Below the pieces are notes generated by a model, which made no database searches, was not told where the DNA came from, and worked only from the letters and a program-made list of their open reading frames with translations. A stretch of DNA of 64,000 nt, taken from positions 51,635 through 115,634 of the IMG/VR virus record IMGVR_UViG_3300037851_000307; one strand, written 5' to 3'. A program made the translations under genes and the position numbers. Shown here one piece after another: positions 19,585 through 31,509 of the stretch. Position 1 is the stretch's first letter. Each line of letters opens with the position of its first letter. The stretch is from a virus (Duplodnaviria > Heunggongvirae > Uroviricota > Caudoviricetes).

Positions 19585-21126
19585 ATGAGTAAGCATGAAG
19601 ATAAGTTATCAGGTGGAAAAGCCGATAACAAACAACCGAAAGATTTTGATTCAGAGCAGCTAGCAGCTGGAATCAAGCATGAAATGGAGCACACAGACAA
19701 TAAAACTGTTGCTCAAGAGATCGCCATGGATCATCTAAGCGAAGATGCGGATTATTATAAAAAGTTAAAAACTATAGAAAAACAAGATCGAGTTGAAGTT
19801 ACGCCTGATGGTAAGACAGAACTCGATTATGGAAAAGAAAAATTAGATAAGAAGCCTATGAAAAAATCTTTATTGTCTAGATGGGACCTAATTAAAAAGG
19901 AGTTAGATAATAACTCTGCGATATTAGATCTTTCAACAATGATTGAAGATGACGAAGAAGATCAACCAGAGATTATGGATGATGGTGGTCAAGAAGACGC
20001 TGAAGCCGATGAAGCAGCTGACGGCGAACGCCCAGAATGGTTACCTGATCATATGGAGCACGATGGTGAAGAGCCAGAGTTGCACCAAGATGAAGATATG
20101 GATCAAGATGATCAAAATGGTGATCTTGACGACGAAGGCGGAGAACAAGAGTTGATTGATGCTTTGAGAGAACTTGGACACAGTGACTCTGAAATAGCAC
20201 ATATTGTTCATGGACACATGACTCCTCCAGTTGATGAAGCTAAGCGTGCAAAAGCGGCTGCTGAATATGCTGGTATAGACCATGATAAAGAAGCGCATCA
20301 GAAAGAAATGGAAATTAGAGACCGTGAGGCTCAAATTGAAGCTGAACATGCTCAAAGAATGAAAGACGTTGAGTATCAAAGAGCCCAGAAAGAATCTGGT
20401 GAAACTGATTTAGATTTAGAGCATAAACGTCGTTTGCAGGATTTAGAATATCAAAAAGCTAAAGCTGAAATGACTGTTAATGAGGCTCAAATGGAAGCAG
20501 AACATAAAAAGCGCATGCTTGAATTGGAGTATGAAACTGCTAAGAAGCAAAAAGAAATTGAGCTTGAATATAAGAAAAAAGAACTTGAAATGAAAATCAA
20601 GCATAATGAAGAGATAGCTAGACAGAAACATAAAGATAAGCTGGCTATGGCTAAAGAAGATGGCAAAAACAAGATGGCTGAAAAGAAAGCTGATTCTAAA
20701 AAAGTTAAGAAAAGCGAAGATGAGCAAGATGATTTGCAAAAGGCTGTTAATTGGAAGTTTAGCAGAAAATCAAATCAACTAGTTCATCCTGAGCATGGCT
20801 TTATTGCAGTTAATCAGTTGCCATCAGGCGCCTATGAAATTAAGCACAATGGTACTTCTTTAGGTAGATATGCTCCAGAGCATGTAAAAGATGCTATCAC
20901 TTATCACACTGATTCTATAAGTACTCCTGTAGCATATGATCCACAGAAGACAAAGATGCAAAGACCACCAACCATACCAAAGCCATATATAGACAATCCA
21001 CCAGGAACTCCTACTGAGCAAGAAGGTGTTAGTCCTGCGGCATTAGCTGGCGTTAATGAGAGATATGGAAAGTTATATCACCCAGATCTTTCTGGTACTA
21101 TAGATTATAAGAAGAAGGGTGGATAA
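19585..21126 (+). CDS. hypothetical acidic coiled-coil protein
   Basis: 513 aa with an acidic DE-rich segment and repeated EYxKAK/ELEYK heptad-like units. Confidence 0.55.
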   Translation: MSKHEDKLSGGKADNKQPKDFDSEQLAAGIKHEMEHTDNKTVAQEIAMDHLSEDADYYKKLKTIEKQDRVEVTPDGKTELDYGKEKLDKKPMKKSLLSRWDLIKKELDNNSAILDLSTMIEDDEEDQPEIMDDGGQEDAEADEAADGERPEWLPDHMEHDGEEPELHQDEDMDQDDQNGDLDDEGGEQELIDALRELGHSDSEIAHIVHGHMTPPVDEAKRAKAAAEYAGIDHDKEAHQKEMEIRDREAQIEAEHAQRMKDVEYQRAQKESGETDLDLEHKRRLQDLEYQKAKAEMTVNEAQMEAEHKKRMLELEYETAKKQKEIELEYKKKELEMKIKHNEEIARQKHKDKLAMAKEDGKNKMAEKKADSKKVKKSEDEQDDLQKAVNWKFSRKSNQLVHPEHGFIAVNQLPSGAYEIKHNGTSLGRYAPEHVKDAITYHTDSISTPVAYDPQKTKMQRPPTIPKPYIDNPPGTPTEQEGVSPAALAGVNERYGKLYHPDLSGTIDYKKKGG

Positions 21127-21494
21127 TGGCCGATTCTAAAACTAATTTTAACGTAGATCAAGGAGCCACTTTTACGCTTGATTTTCAGCTGAAAGATGCT
21201 GATGGTGATCCCGTTAATATATCTACTGCGGTAATTTTTGGTCAGGTTAGAAAAACAGTTTCTTCTAAAGAAATTGCTGCTAACTTTGAAGTTATTCCTA
21301 TAGATTTAGTTCAAGGTCAGTTTACTTTAAAATTAAGTGCTATTTCTACATCAAAATTAAAATGCAACCCATCACATACTGCGCAGCGTCAACCAACGCC
21401 TTTTGCGTATGATGTAGAGTTGCACTACTCAGATGGTACAGTGAGCAGAATACTTGAGGGTATTTTGTTTGTTTCTCCAGAGGTAACTAGATGA
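21126..21494 (+). CDS. hypothetical protein
   Basis: 122 aa; overlaps neighbours by ATGA. Confidence 0.5.
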   Translation: MADSKTNFNVDQGATFTLDFQLKDADGDPVNISTAVIFGQVRKTVSSKEIAANFEVIPIDLVQGQFTLKLSAISTSKLKCNPSHTAQRQPTPFAYDVELHYSDGTVSRILEGILFVSPEVTR

Positions 21495-24400
21495 GCGACA
21501 TAAAAACAATTGTTATAAATCAAGGTAAACAGGGTGAAACCGGTCCACAAGGACCAGTTGGTCCACAGGGCCCACAGGGACCTCAAGGTGCGCAAGGACC
21601 TCAAGGTAACATTGGTCCACAAGGTCCACAAGGCACTCAAGGAGATCCAGGTCCTCAGGGTTCACAGGGTCCACAAGGATTGCAAGGAATACAGGGGATT
21701 CAAGGTCCAGCAGGAAACAATGGTGCAGATGGCTTGTCAGCATATGACATCGCTGTTAATAATGGTTTTGTTGGTACAGAGCAAGATTGGCTTGATTCTT
21801 TAGTTGGTCCACAGGGTGCTCAAGGTCCAGCAGGACAAGGAGTTTCAACCGGTGGAACTACAGGTCAAGTTTTAGCAAAAAATAGTAACTCTGATTTTGA
21901 TACTAATTGGATAACTTTAGATAAAACTAGTGTTGGTTTAGGTAATGTTGATAATACCTCAGACGTAAATAAGCCAGTAAGTACAGCTCAAGCTTTAGCT
22001 GATAGTGCTGTGCAGTCTTATTCAATTCAGAGAGCTAATCATACAGGAACTCAAACTGCCTCTACAATCTCTGATTTTAACTCTGCTGCTGATGCTAGAA
22101 TCTCTTTACACGTAGCAGATGTAGATCCGCATACACAATATCAAAAAGAATCTGAAAAGGGCCAACCTAATGGTTATGCAAGCTTAGATGGAGCAGGAAA
22201 AGTTCCATCATCTCAGCTGCCTAATTCTATAATGACTTATGAAGGTGTATGGGATGCTAATACTAACACCCCAACACTTGCTGATGGAGTAGGTAACACT
22301 GGTGAAGTTTATAGAGTAACAGTTGCTGGGACTCAAGACTTAGGATCTGGCAATATTTCTTTTACAGTTGGTGATTACGTAATTTATAATTCTTCTGGTG
22401 TTTGGGAAAAATCTGATACGACAGACGCAGTTGCATCTGTTAACGGTCAAACAGGAATTGTTAGCTTAGATTCAGATGATATTGCTGAAGGCGTAGCTAA
22501 TTTATATTTTACAGATTTAAGAGCTAGAACTGCCGTAGTTGATGACGCAATTACTGACGGCGTAATTGATAAAGCTCCTTCTCAGAATGCAGTATTTGAT
22601 GCGTTAGCTTTAAAAGCTGATGATTCTCTTGTTATGCATTTAGCTGGAGCAGAAACTGCTACTGGCTATAAAACTTTTCAAGCTGGACTGAAGTCTGAAG
22701 AAGAAATTTTAATTGATTCAACGCTAAATCCTTACGCCACTATCAGAAGTCCTAATGTTTCTGGAGTAAGCAAGTCAATCGCGTTTCTTTCTGGCGATTC
22801 TGCAACGGATAATTCTGGTGATACTGTGATTTCTGTTGGCGCAGCAACAAATACAACTCCAAATCCTCTTGTAATTCAAGGTGTAACCTTTACATATAAT
22901 CCTAGTTTAGTTGGTAGGATAATGAATGACGCCTCTGTTCAGATTATTGTTGACAATACAAATATTACTAATCCTGCGTCACCGAATTTTGTTCTACGTG
23001 GATCGGCTGGTCAGCGATTAGCAATTAGAGTAAATTCTTTAACAACTATAGATCAATTAGTTGCAGCTTTTCTTTCTAGTGGTCTTACAGGTACATATAC
23101 CGTTACTGGTTCAGGTTTAACGACTTTCACCAATGATCTTCAATTCTTCTCAGGCGCCAAAGGAGAAGGTCAAACTGTAATTTCGACTAATTATCGAGCC
23201 ATAGTTGATTCTGATTATTTAATGCTCGGTTATGGTAATGGCGGAGCAAACATCACAACAGGCTTTGTTGATGGTGTATTAAATTCTGACTCATTGTTTA
23301 TGATTACTGGTCGTGTTCGTGGAACAGGTAATTCTGGTTCTATCTCTATTAGATCAGCAGATATGGAAGGCACAGGAGCTTCAGGATCTACATTTATTCG
23401 TACTGGTTCTGTTAATGGTACACTTGCTTCTGGTTCGACAAATATTTCAACAGGTGCAACTACAACATATTCTAGTACATCATCCGGAAGTATGTCTATC
23501 AACACAGGTAATATTGGCGGTATTTCTGGTATTTCTGGAAACGTGACTATTTTATCTGGTCAAAATAATACCAACACATTGTTAAGAACTGGCGATATTA
23601 CAAACGGAAGCACAACAATTTCAAACATAGATGTAACTGGTATCTTTCCTGGTTTACTCATCATGGGTAATGGTATACAAAGAAACTGTTTTGTTCAAAC
23701 AGTCGGCGTAAATTCAATTACTATCAGTTTAGCAGCACAATTAACCACAACAGGTGTTTCGCTTAATCTTAGCGGCGGTACTGGTGCTTTAACCATAAGA
23801 TCGCAAGCTATGAACGGAACGGCATCTTATGCCACAGGTTCTATGAGCTTAGGAACAGGTAACAAAAATAGTGCAAGCGGATCTGGTTTTACAGGAACTA
23901 TAAATTTCAACACAGGTAATCACAGCGGAGTTATCGGTGGCACAGGCAATATATTTATCACAACTGGAAGCTTAACAGGTGTGAACAACGGTGGCGCAAG
24001 AACAGGCGACACAACGGCAGCGAGCAACCAATTAACAAATGTTTCTGACATGACAAATATCTATTTGGGTATGTCGATTATGGGTTCTGGTATTCCAGCT
24101 GGTACAACTGTTTCCGCTACGAACGGCACAACTATTACACTAAGCCAAAACGCCACAATTTCTGCAACAGGTGTGTCGTTTAATGTTTCAGCTGGTACTG
24201 GTGTTGCGAATTTTACTACGGGAAATATCACTAACGCATCTTCGGTAGGAAGCACAGGTTCAATATACATAGCGTCTGGTAACAGCGGTGGTTTAGGTAC
24301 TTCAGGTGCTTTAACACTACAATCTGGTATTATCAACGGAACGGCGGCAGTAACATCTGGTTCGGTTTCGCTTGCTTCAGGTGGGATGACTAGCGGTGCG

Positions 24401-25855
24401 GCAACAGCATCAACTGGTCTTGTTCAAGTATTTTCTGGTAACGTGTCTGCTGGAAATGGAATATCTGGAAATGTAAGCATTTACTCAGGTTCAACAAATG
24501 GCTCTGGCAGCTCAGGTAGCGTAAATGTTTCTTCAGGATTCACAAATGGTTCTGCAAATTCAGGAACATTTGGTATTGGTTCAGGTCATGCAAACGGTTC
24601 TGGTAACTCTGGTTACACGGTGTTGCAATCTGGTAACGCAAACACGGGCATGTCTGGTCAGTTAGATTTAAGAACTGGTAATGTAAGCGCTGGATCAAAC
24701 TCATCTGGTTTTATACAGATAATTACAGGTTCGGTAGCAAACAATAGTAACACTGGCTATATTGTGATGCGATCTGAAAACGCATCTGGAACTGGTCAAT
24801 CTGGCAGCATAGGTATAAATTCGGGCGATGTTGCGAATGGTGCTTCTGGTAACGTAAGTGTTTACTCTGGCAATCACAACGGCACTTCTGGTTCTGGTAC
24901 TGCACAAGTGTTGATCCAATCTGGTAACATTAACGGCGCATTGATAGGCGGAACTTCTGGCAATATAACAATAAATACTGGTAATGTATTTAATGCAGGA
25001 TCTACTGCAAATTCAGGTGATATCAACTTAACAACTGGCTTTATTAGTGGCGGTTCAGGTAATAGAGGAACTGTTAATATTACAGGTAAATATATTCAAC
25101 TGACTTCTGATGTTGGTGGAAACATTCACATGTTTCATACATTCAACGGCTCTACTACTTTCTTTGATGGAGGCACTCAGAAGAGTGCTATTTTCACAGG
25201 AAATCAAAATCAGTACAATGTTGATCTACATTCAGCATTTCAAGGTTCTAGTCAAAATGATAGAACTAATATAGGTATTTTAGCTGGTAGCGATGCCGGT
25301 GGTGCTGCACAAGGTGGTACTGTTCTTATAGCTGGTGGTTTTGGGGCAGTTAGCAACGGCGGTGACGTCCACATAAACAGTGGTGGTTCAATTGGTGGTA
25401 CCGGCGGCAATATATTATTAAGAGTTAATGGCTTAGATGGATTTAAAGGTAATATTATCTTTAGAGATCAATCAAATAACGATGGAAGCTCAGGTGTTGT
25501 AGATTACGTGTGGACACAAATTGATTCTGCGGGTCGTGGTACTTGGAAAGTAAACAAAGCTTTTACATTCTATTCTCCTAATCTCGATGGCGGCACATAT
25601 CAACTAACAGTATTACAAAATTGGGTGGCTGCTGGTGGTGGAACCGCAAATACAACGCTTAAGTTACCTAATACATCTGGTGGTGCTGTGCCACAAGGCT
25701 TTGTTTTTAAATTTGTCAATAAAAGTGCAACTTATGACATGATGGTGCAAGATTTTGGTGGCGGAGCAATTGTTACTGTGCCACCATCAACAGCAGCAGA
25801 TATAATTTTTAATGGTGGTTGGGATTATTATAAATATACAATTATCCCATACTAA
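21491..25855 (+). CDS. collagen-like tail fiber protein
   Basis: 1454 aa: about 60 Gly-X-Y triplets ([16 protein letters not shown]…) at the N-terminus, then a long Ser/Gly/Asn/Thr-rich repetitive body. Confidence 0.85.
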   Translation: MSDIKTIVINQGKQGETGPQGPVGPQGPQGPQGAQGPQGNIGPQGPQGTQGDPGPQGSQGPQGLQGIQGIQGPAGNNGADGLSAYDIAVNNGFVGTEQDWLDSLVGPQGAQGPAGQGVSTGGTTGQVLAKNSNSDFDTNWITLDKTSVGLGNVDNTSDVNKPVSTAQALADSAVQSYSIQRANHTGTQTASTISDFNSAADARISLHVADVDPHTQYQKESEKGQPNGYASLDGAGKVPSSQLPNSIMTYEGVWDANTNTPTLADGVGNTGEVYRVTVAGTQDLGSGNISFTVGDYVIYNSSGVWEKSDTTDAVASVNGQTGIVSLDSDDIAEGVANLYFTDLRARTAVVDDAITDGVIDKAPSQNAVFDALALKADDSLVMHLAGAETATGYKTFQAGLKSEEEILIDSTLNPYATIRSPNVSGVSKSIAFLSGDSATDNSGDTVISVGAATNTTPNPLVIQGVTFTYNPSLVGRIMNDASVQIIVDNTNITNPASPNFVLRGSAGQRLAIRVNSLTTIDQLVAAFLSSGLTGTYTVTGSGLTTFTNDLQFFSGAKGEGQTVISTNYRAIVDSDYLMLGYGNGGANITTGFVDGVLNSDSLFMITGRVRGTGNSGSISIRSADMEGTGASGSTFIRTGSVNGTLASGSTNISTGATTTYSSTSSGSMSINTGNIGGISGISGNVTILSGQNNTNTLLRTGDITNGSTTISNIDVTGIFPGLLIMGNGIQRNCFVQTVGVNSITISLAAQLTTTGVSLNLSGGTGALTIRSQAMNGTASYATGSMSLGTGNKNSASGSGFTGTINFNTGNHSGVIGGTGNIFITTGSLTGVNNGGARTGDTTAASNQLTNVSDMTNIYLGMSIMGSGIPAGTTVSATNGTTITLSQNATISATGVSFNVSAGTGVANFTTGNITNASSVGSTGSIYIASGNSGGLGTSGALTLQSGIINGTAAVTSGSVSLASGGMTSGAATASTGLVQVFSGNVSAGNGISGNVSIYSGSTNGSGSSGSVNVSSGFTNGSANSGTFGIGSGHANGSGNSGYTVLQSGNANTGMSGQLDLRTGNVSAGSNSSGFIQIITGSVANNSNTGYIVMRSENASGTGQSGSIGINSGDVANGASGNVSVYSGNHNGTSGSGTAQVLIQSGNINGALIGGTSGNITINTGNVFNAGSTANSGDINLTTGFISGGSGNRGTVNITGKYIQLTSDVGGNIHMFHTFNGSTTFFDGGTQKSAIFTGNQNQYNVDLHSAFQGSSQNDRTNIGILAGSDAGGAAQGGTVLIAGGFGAVSNGGDVHINSGGSIGGTGGNILLRVNGLDGFKGNIIFRDQSNNDGSSGVVDYVWTQIDSAGRGTWKVNKAFTFYSPNLDGGTYQLTVLQNWVAAGGGTANTTLKLPNTSGGAVPQGFVFKFVNKSATYDMMVQDFGGGAIVTVPPSTAADIIFNGGWDYYKYTIIPY
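21540..21723 (+). repeat. tandem 9-nt (Gly-X-Y) coding repeats
   Basis: ggtccacaagga / ggacctcaaggt units iterated. Confidence 0.8.
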
Positions 25856-25880
25856 ACATTTACTTTAGTATAAGGAATAT

Positions 25881-26252
25881 ATGGAAAAACTTATTAAGAA
25901 TAAACATGGACAATGGGTTTTAGAAAAAGCTAGCTTAATGAACGATACTTGTAAAGCTGAAGAGCCACACAAAGATGATCCTGATCATGAGAAGAAAGAG
26001 CAAGAAAAAGCTAAAGATATAAAAGCTAAAGCTCAAGAAATTCTTGATATGCACAAGGATGAGAATGGTTCTTTAGAGAAAGATGCTGCTGATCCTAAGT
26101 TTGCACCAAAAGAAGTTAAAGTAAAGCAGTTAAAAGCTCAAGTGACTGCTGGTACTTATAAGCCAGATTCTAAAAAGATTGCTGAAAAAATTGTTGAGCG
26201 TGTTAAGCTTAATAAAGGCGGACAGTGGTCTTTTGATGGCGGTGATGCCTAA
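25881..26252 (+). CDS. hypothetical protein
   Basis: 123 aa. Confidence 0.5.
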   Translation: MEKLIKNKHGQWVLEKASLMNDTCKAEEPHKDDPDHEKKEQEKAKDIKAKAQEILDMHKDENGSLEKDAADPKFAPKEVKVKQLKAQVTAGTYKPDSKKIAEKIVERVKLNKGGQWSFDGGDA

Positions 26253-26674
26253 TGCCAAAGCAGTTTCTTGATTGGTCAGATCTAATGGCAGGAAAAGTGG
26301 GTGAACCCGAACACCCACTTTCTAGACCTATTACTCCTGGTCCAACTCTTAGAAAAGGCGAAGTGCCTCGTCGTCCAAGTGATGCTGAAATTAGAGAGTG
26401 CATAATGAAAGGTGCACCAAAGCAGCCAACAGACCAAGAAATGTTTGGTCGTTTTGAGGTTACAGAAGAGCAAGCAAAAGCTGCGCAAGAGCAATGGGAA
26501 GGTACTTTTACTAGATTCTTTAAGACAAATCACCCTCCAATAGAATCTCAGGATCCAAATAAAACCTGGGGAAATCGTGGTCCAGTAAACTTTAACGATA
26601 GGTCTCAACTTACAGAAGAAGAGCGTCGTATAAGTGAAATACCAGTAGATCCATCACTCCTTAGCGGAGAATAA
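26252..26674 (+). CDS. hypothetical protein
   Basis: 140 aa; ATGCCTAATG coupling. Confidence 0.5.
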   Translation: MPKQFLDWSDLMAGKVGEPEHPLSRPITPGPTLRKGEVPRRPSDAEIRECIMKGAPKQPTDQEMFGRFEVTEEQAKAAQEQWEGTFTRFFKTNHPPIESQDPNKTWGNRGPVNFNDRSQLTEEERRISEIPVDPSLLSGE

Positions 26675-26723
26675 GATATAATATAGTTATATCCATGAAG
26701 GGTCATGGATTTAAGGAAAGGGT

Positions 26724-27659
26724 ATGTTTGAGAAGCGCTTAGCCGCTGTCCCACCACAAGCTTTTACAGCTAATGGTACGGATAGAGGTGTTGTTACAAT
26801 AGCAAATACAAGTTTGTTTAAAGTAAAACAGCAAGTTTCTTTAATGGCCTCAGCATTACCTAATATTCTCCTTGAAGTTAAGAAAATTATTAGCCCCACG
26901 CAACTAATAGTTGGTCCTATAAGCCCTGACATAAATTCATATCAAGATATATCAGCATATACCACTGCACAAATTTCTTTTATATTTGCAAATGAGCAAA
27001 AGCGCCCTTCAATACCATTTGAAGAGTTTATGCGGGCGGTTTATGAAGAAGAGCCAACAGTTGCATTAAGAACAATGTTGGTTGACATATTTGGCAACAG
27101 ATATACAACTAGTAATCCGCTTCCAGTTCAGTTATCTGATGGGTCTATTAACATAGGCACAGTTAATGCGGAATTAGAAGTAGCGCTTTCACACAAAGAT
27201 AATGATCCTGATTTCGGCGACGTACATGATTCAGTTAGAATAGGCGATGGCATAGAAGAGTTAGAGATTAACCCCGATGGCTCTATAAATGTAAACATTA
27301 TTCAAACGCCTTCTGCCACAGAAGCAACATTAAATGAATACAATGAAGTCGTTGGCGTTGTTGCTGGTGTTGAAACGGTAATTGTAAGTATTGTATTGCC
27401 TGCTAATAGCAACTATCAACTTCAAAGAGCTCAATTTTCTGGAGAGCAGATCGCCCACTATAGACTGTATGTTAATAACGTATGTGTTGGTTCTTGTAGA
27501 ACACATCATGGTTCTGGCTTAAGTAATGTGATAGAGTTTGTTGGTGCTTCTGATGAGGGTTTGCAAGTAGATGCTGGAGATACTATAGAACTTAGAGTTT
27601 TACATGGTAGACCAGGAACTGGTAATTTTGAAGGCAGAATACAGATATATAGTTATTAG
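26724..27659 (+). CDS. putative tail/baseplate structural protein
   Basis: 311 aa; position in tail module. Confidence 0.5.
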   Translation: MFEKRLAAVPPQAFTANGTDRGVVTIANTSLFKVKQQVSLMASALPNILLEVKKIISPTQLIVGPISPDINSYQDISAYTTAQISFIFANEQKRPSIPFEEFMRAVYEEEPTVALRTMLVDIFGNRYTTSNPLPVQLSDGSINIGTVNAELEVALSHKDNDPDFGDVHDSVRIGDGIEELEINPDGSINVNIIQTPSATEATLNEYNEVVGVVAGVETVIVSIVLPANSNYQLQRAQFSGEQIAHYRLYVNNVCVGSCRTHHGSGLSNVIEFVGASDEGLQVDAGDTIELRVLHGRPGTGNFEGRIQIYSY

Positions 27660-27667
27660 GAAGTTTT

Positions 27668-27844
27668 ATGACACAGTTAGAGATAAAGAAAATAGAAGCA
27701 GAATTAGCTAGAGTACGTGCGGCGCGTCTAGAGATGGAAGTAAGACTTGCTGAACTTGAAGAAGCTATGAATAGAATTAAAAAAGACACTGATTTACATT
27801 TAACTAAAGAAAGAGAATTAGAATCTAAGTTAAAAATCAGTTAA
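27668..27844 (+). CDS. small coiled-coil protein (58 aa)
   Basis: Not in the ORF track (under 60 aa); MTQLEIKKIEAELARVRAARLEMEVRLAELEEAMNRIKK…; fills the gap between two tail genes. Confidence 0.3.
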   Translation: MTQLEIKKIEAELARVRAARLEMEVRLAELEEAMNRIKKDTDLHLTKERELESKLKIS

Positions 27845-27863
27845 AATATAAAAAGAGGTTATT

Positions 27864-28631
27864 ATGTCAGATTATAATTCAGGTTTGCCGGTCAGATCGC
27901 AAGCCGATGGTGTAGATGAGAAAGTCATAGTTAAGGTCATCGATGGTGTTCCTGGTGGAACGAACCAGATGTCTGTTGACTCTGATAAAAATGCGCATGT
28001 TGAGGTTCATGGCAATGATCCTGCTGGCGTAGATAGAGTATTAAGAACAAGTGAACTTGGTGCACTTACTCCAGATGGTGTTTATGATGGAAGTAATAAC
28101 ACTAAACCTGGAAACACTGGTTTAATTGCTTCTGTTCGAGATGCTGCACCTAGTGATTCAACTCAAACTCAAAGATTAACCTCTGTAACAAATGGCACAA
28201 AGCGTTTACTAGATATATCTATGCACGATGAGAATGGTGCTCCATTTAGTGCATCAAACCCACTTCCAGTAACCTCAGTAGATTCTGAAGGCACAGAGAT
28301 TAACAACTATGACGCCGCTGTTAACGTTGCAGCAGGTGCCACAAGTAATCATGATTACACAGTCACAGTTGCAACAACATTAAAGTTAAGTCAAATTTGG
28401 GCTACAGCTTCAGGAAAAATGAAGATTGAAGTTCAAGTTGAAACAGGTGTAGCAACGAATGTATTTACAACTAGATTTGTAGGTTTTAATTCTACAGCTA
28501 ATCCAAATGTTTTAATTCCAGTAAATGAGAATATCTCGGTTGCTGCTGGAGTTAGAGTGAGAGTAATTAAGAGAAACAACGACAACCAATCTCAGGATTT
28601 ATATTCTACTATTAGTGGACATGAGATATAA
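27864..28631 (+). CDS. putative tail fiber/receptor-binding protein
   Basis: 255 aa, beta-rich. Confidence 0.5.
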   Translation: MSDYNSGLPVRSQADGVDEKVIVKVIDGVPGGTNQMSVDSDKNAHVEVHGNDPAGVDRVLRTSELGALTPDGVYDGSNNTKPGNTGLIASVRDAAPSDSTQTQRLTSVTNGTKRLLDISMHDENGAPFSASNPLPVTSVDSEGTEINNYDAAVNVAAGATSNHDYTVTVATTLKLSQIWATASGKMKIEVQVETGVATNVFTTRFVGFNSTANPNVLIPVNENISVAAGVRVRVIKRNNDNQSQDLYSTISGHEI

Positions 28632-28641
28632 TTGGTGATTT

Positions 28642-29037
28642 ATGGCAGATTTAAATGATGTAAACTCAGCACAATCAATTAAGATAATAGGCTCTACTGC
28701 TGCTGGAGTAGAAACTGTTCCTGCAAAAGTATCTGCCAATCAAGACCTTGGTGTTGCCGATGTTTTAGATAATTCAGGATTAGATACTATTATCTCACTA
28801 ACAACGTCTCCTAAATTGGGAGTTGTTAATGTTGATGGTATAACGCCAAAAGCAAATAGAAAGTATTTTATAATGCAAGCACTAGATACAAACATAAAAT
28901 GGGGTTTTAGTAATACAACTCAAAGTTTTGATATTTTTAAAAGTCAACTTATAATGATTCCATGCGGACCAAATACTCAAATTTGGTTTAAGATGTCAGT
29001 AGGAACAGGCAATGTTGCTATTGGAGAGGTGAGTTAA
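28642..29037 (+). CDS. hypothetical tail protein
   Basis: 131 aa. Confidence 0.5.
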   Translation: MADLNDVNSAQSIKIIGSTAAGVETVPAKVSANQDLGVADVLDNSGLDTIISLTTSPKLGVVNVDGITPKANRKYFIMQALDTNIKWGFSNTTQSFDIFKSQLIMIPCGPNTQIWFKMSVGTGNVAIGEVS

Positions 29038-29546
29038 TGCCAGCACCATTTACAACGCCGGTGGCGCAATCGGTTCCATTTGAAGCTAATAGAAATCCTG
29101 GTTTTGGTGGGGTGCCAAGTGATTTGACATCAACAAATGTTCAGGACGCTATTGAAGAAGCAAAAAATGATGCTCTTTCTAATGATAGATATGTTATCCT
29201 AGGTTCCTATGGTGCCAATGCTAATGCTGGTCGTTATTTAGAATTTTTTGCTGGTATTGATTCTTTTGAAGCACCTATTATATTGCCAGTTTCAACAAAG
29301 TTAATTAACTTTGTTGCAGCGGCTTCTGCTGTAAGTAATGGTTCAATGGCTTTTTTTGATTTAAATGTAAGTTCGACAATTCCAGTATATATAATAAATT
29401 ACAGTGGTTCAGATTCTGTAATAGGATCAGGCACGCCATCATCTGCATTAGCAGTTTTTCCGCCAAATGCGAAATTAGCCATTCGTGTGACGAATGGTTC
29501 TGTTTTAAAACCGAGAATTTATTTCTTTTTAAGTTCTTCTACATAG
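29037..29546 (+). CDS. hypothetical tail protein
   Basis: 169 aa; ATG overlaps the upstream stop. Confidence 0.5.
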   Translation: MPAPFTTPVAQSVPFEANRNPGFGGVPSDLTSTNVQDAIEEAKNDALSNDRYVILGSYGANANAGRYLEFFAGIDSFEAPIILPVSTKLINFVAAASAVSNGSMAFFDLNVSSTIPVYIINYSGSDSVIGSGTPSSALAVFPPNAKLAIRVTNGSVLKPRIYFFLSSST

Positions 29547-29553
29547 GGCATTT

Positions 29554-30306
29554 ATGATAAAAATAAAAAACAATAAACAGATTAGTGATGTGTGGGTTGG
29601 TCAGTTAATAGAAGCCAATCAACACTATGAGTTACCAAATGCAGATAGTATTAAATGGGCAAATAATTCAAAGGTATTAACTGACATTGGTAATGGTGAT
29701 TTAATTGTTAATGATAACGATGTAGATTTGGTAGAGGTTGCTGATGCTATAAATGTGTTAAAAGGCGAATTGCCAAAAGATGAAAATGGTAGACAGTTGG
29801 TGCGAACTGTTGCGGGCTCTTCTGGATGGAAAGCACAGTTTCACTCAGTTCGCGTAACTACATCTACAGTAGATGGCTTTTATAATAAAGATAAAAATGG
29901 CAATAATTTAGGCTTTTGTACGTATACCATGTATGATGTAAATAATCAGGTTACGGCAGTAGAAAATGATTGTGTAAAAACAGTTGTTACTTGGGAACCA
30001 AATCACGATATAGAAATTATTGGTGGTAAAGTTTCTCAGCGACAAGCTCCAGCAACAGACGTGTGGATGTATATTACCGCCGCTGCACATATTCCCGCTC
30101 AGTATGGTGGAAATATTGCTTTCGCAGAGGGTGGAATAAATCTTTATGATGTAGGTGAAGGGGGAAAGAGTGATTTCGATGGACGAGCATCTAAGTTCAT
30201 CAAATACGATCCTGTTTATCATTCAGGTCGATTTGAGATTTTAATAAAGCATGATGCAGGTATAAAACATTCTTTTTCTCTAATATTAGAGATATTTAAA
30301 CCTTAA
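29554..30306 (+). CDS. hypothetical tail protein
   Basis: 250 aa. Confidence 0.5.
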   Translation: MIKIKNNKQISDVWVGQLIEANQHYELPNADSIKWANNSKVLTDIGNGDLIVNDNDVDLVEVADAINVLKGELPKDENGRQLVRTVAGSSGWKAQFHSVRVTTSTVDGFYNKDKNGNNLGFCTYTMYDVNNQVTAVENDCVKTVVTWEPNHDIEIIGGKVSQRQAPATDVWMYITAAAHIPAQYGGNIAFAEGGINLYDVGEGGKSDFDGRASKFIKYDPVYHSGRFEILIKHDAGIKHSFSLILEIFKP

Positions 30307-30307
30307 T

Positions 30308-30790
30308 ATGAAAAAAGTTGTAATAGGTTTTTCTAAGTCTACAAAGAAATATGCCATTGGTAGCTTACTTATTAGAAGCTATATGGGAACTCCCTATAGT
30401 CATGTCTATATTAAGTTTTATTCTTCTACATTTGATAGAGAGCTTATATATGAGGCAGTGGGAAGCGGTGTCAGGTTTATAGGCATAGATAGATGGAAGC
30501 AACATGCAGTAGAAGTAGACTCCTTTGAAATAGAGCTATGTGATGAAAGTTACAAACGATTGATGCAATACTGTATAGATAACTCTGGCGTAGAGTATGG
30601 CTTTTTTCAAAATTTAGGAATTATTTGGGCAAACATATGTAAGCTGGCAAAAAATCCAGTTGATGATGGAGAGAACTGTTCTGAAATAATTGGAGAAATT
30701 CTGGCGTTGCAAGGTTATACAATCAATAAAGACTTTAACCTATTAACGCCAAAAGATATATGGTTAATCCTCAACAATAAGACCATCTAA
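30308..30790 (+). CDS. hypothetical protein (last gene of the plus-strand block)
   Basis: 160 aa; converges with the minus-strand gene at 30764. Confidence 0.5.
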   Translation: MKKVVIGFSKSTKKYAIGSLLIRSYMGTPYSHVYIKFYSSTFDRELIYEAVGSGVRFIGIDRWKQHAVEVDSFEIELCDESYKRLMQYCIDNSGVEYGFFQNLGIIWANICKLAKNPVDDGENCSEIIGEILALQGYTINKDFNLLTPKDIWLILNNKTI

Positions 30791-31144
30791 GGCCTCTAAG
30801 TCCTTAATTGATACATTAATGTTATCACCAAGCTCAGACATTTTTATAGTAGCAATATCTACATCTACTGTAGAAAGATCGTTTATCTCTTTTATAAAAT
30901 CTTTAAGATTATCACCATCAAATTGTACTTGATTTTTTGAATCTAGTATCAATTTGTCATTTTCATCTTTCTTGCCGTACTTATTGAGTGCTTTATTGCG
31001 TATGTCTTCATATTTGACAAATTCTTCTCTAACAGTCTTCATAGCGCCTTTGAGTTTAAAGGCCGTTTTGACAGGCAGAGATTGCTCATATAATCGGTCT
31101 AATGCTTCTTGAAATTGTTGATTAGCGATTTTTCCAAGTTTCAT
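30764..31144 (-). CDS. hypothetical protein
   Basis: 126 aa. Confidence 0.45.
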   Translation of the reverse strand: MKLGKIANQQFQEALDRLYEQSLPVKTAFKLKGAMKTVREEFVKYEDIRNKALNKYGKKDENDKLILDSKNQVQFDGDNLKDFIKEINDLSTVDVDIATIKMSELGDNINVSIKDLEALDGLIVED

Positions 31145-31155
31145 AGGGTCTCCTT

Positions 31156-31509
31156 GTGATAAAATTATACTATATGCATTTTAGCGGCTTAAAGATCAAG
31201 TGGAATAAACTTGTAAACAAGATGAATAAAAAGGGAGTACCACTCCCACTAATTCGTGATCCTAAAACAGGATTGGGAAGTGTTTCACTTACTCTTTTGT
31301 TTATTAGTTTTAACTTAGTTATCATTGGTTTAGTTGGTAAGTGGGTCGAAAAAATGGGTGGCTTTGATATCGGTCAAGCTTTAAACTTATTTTACGCATG
31401 TGCTGCTTTATACTTTGGTCGCAATATAAGTCCAAGTAGTTCTAGTTCTTCTCAGGAAGAAGATCAGGAGCTTGAGGATTCTCAGTCTGAAGACTCTGAT
31501 CGATCATAG
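31156..31509 (+). CDS. small membrane protein with acidic tail
   Basis: TM helix 'VSLTLLFISFNLVIIGLVG'. Confidence 0.4.
   Translation: MIKLYYMHFSGLKIKWNKLVNKMNKKGVPLPLIRDPKTGLGSVSLTLLFISFNLVIIGLVGKWVEKMGGFDIGQALNLFYACAALYFGRNISPSSSSSSQEEDQELEDSQSEDSDRS

Noticed and set aside
21540-21723. Regular short repeats that might look like a CRISPR array
   Set aside because: They are 9-nt Gly-X-Y codon repeats inside a long ORF, with no spacers or direct-repeat architecture.
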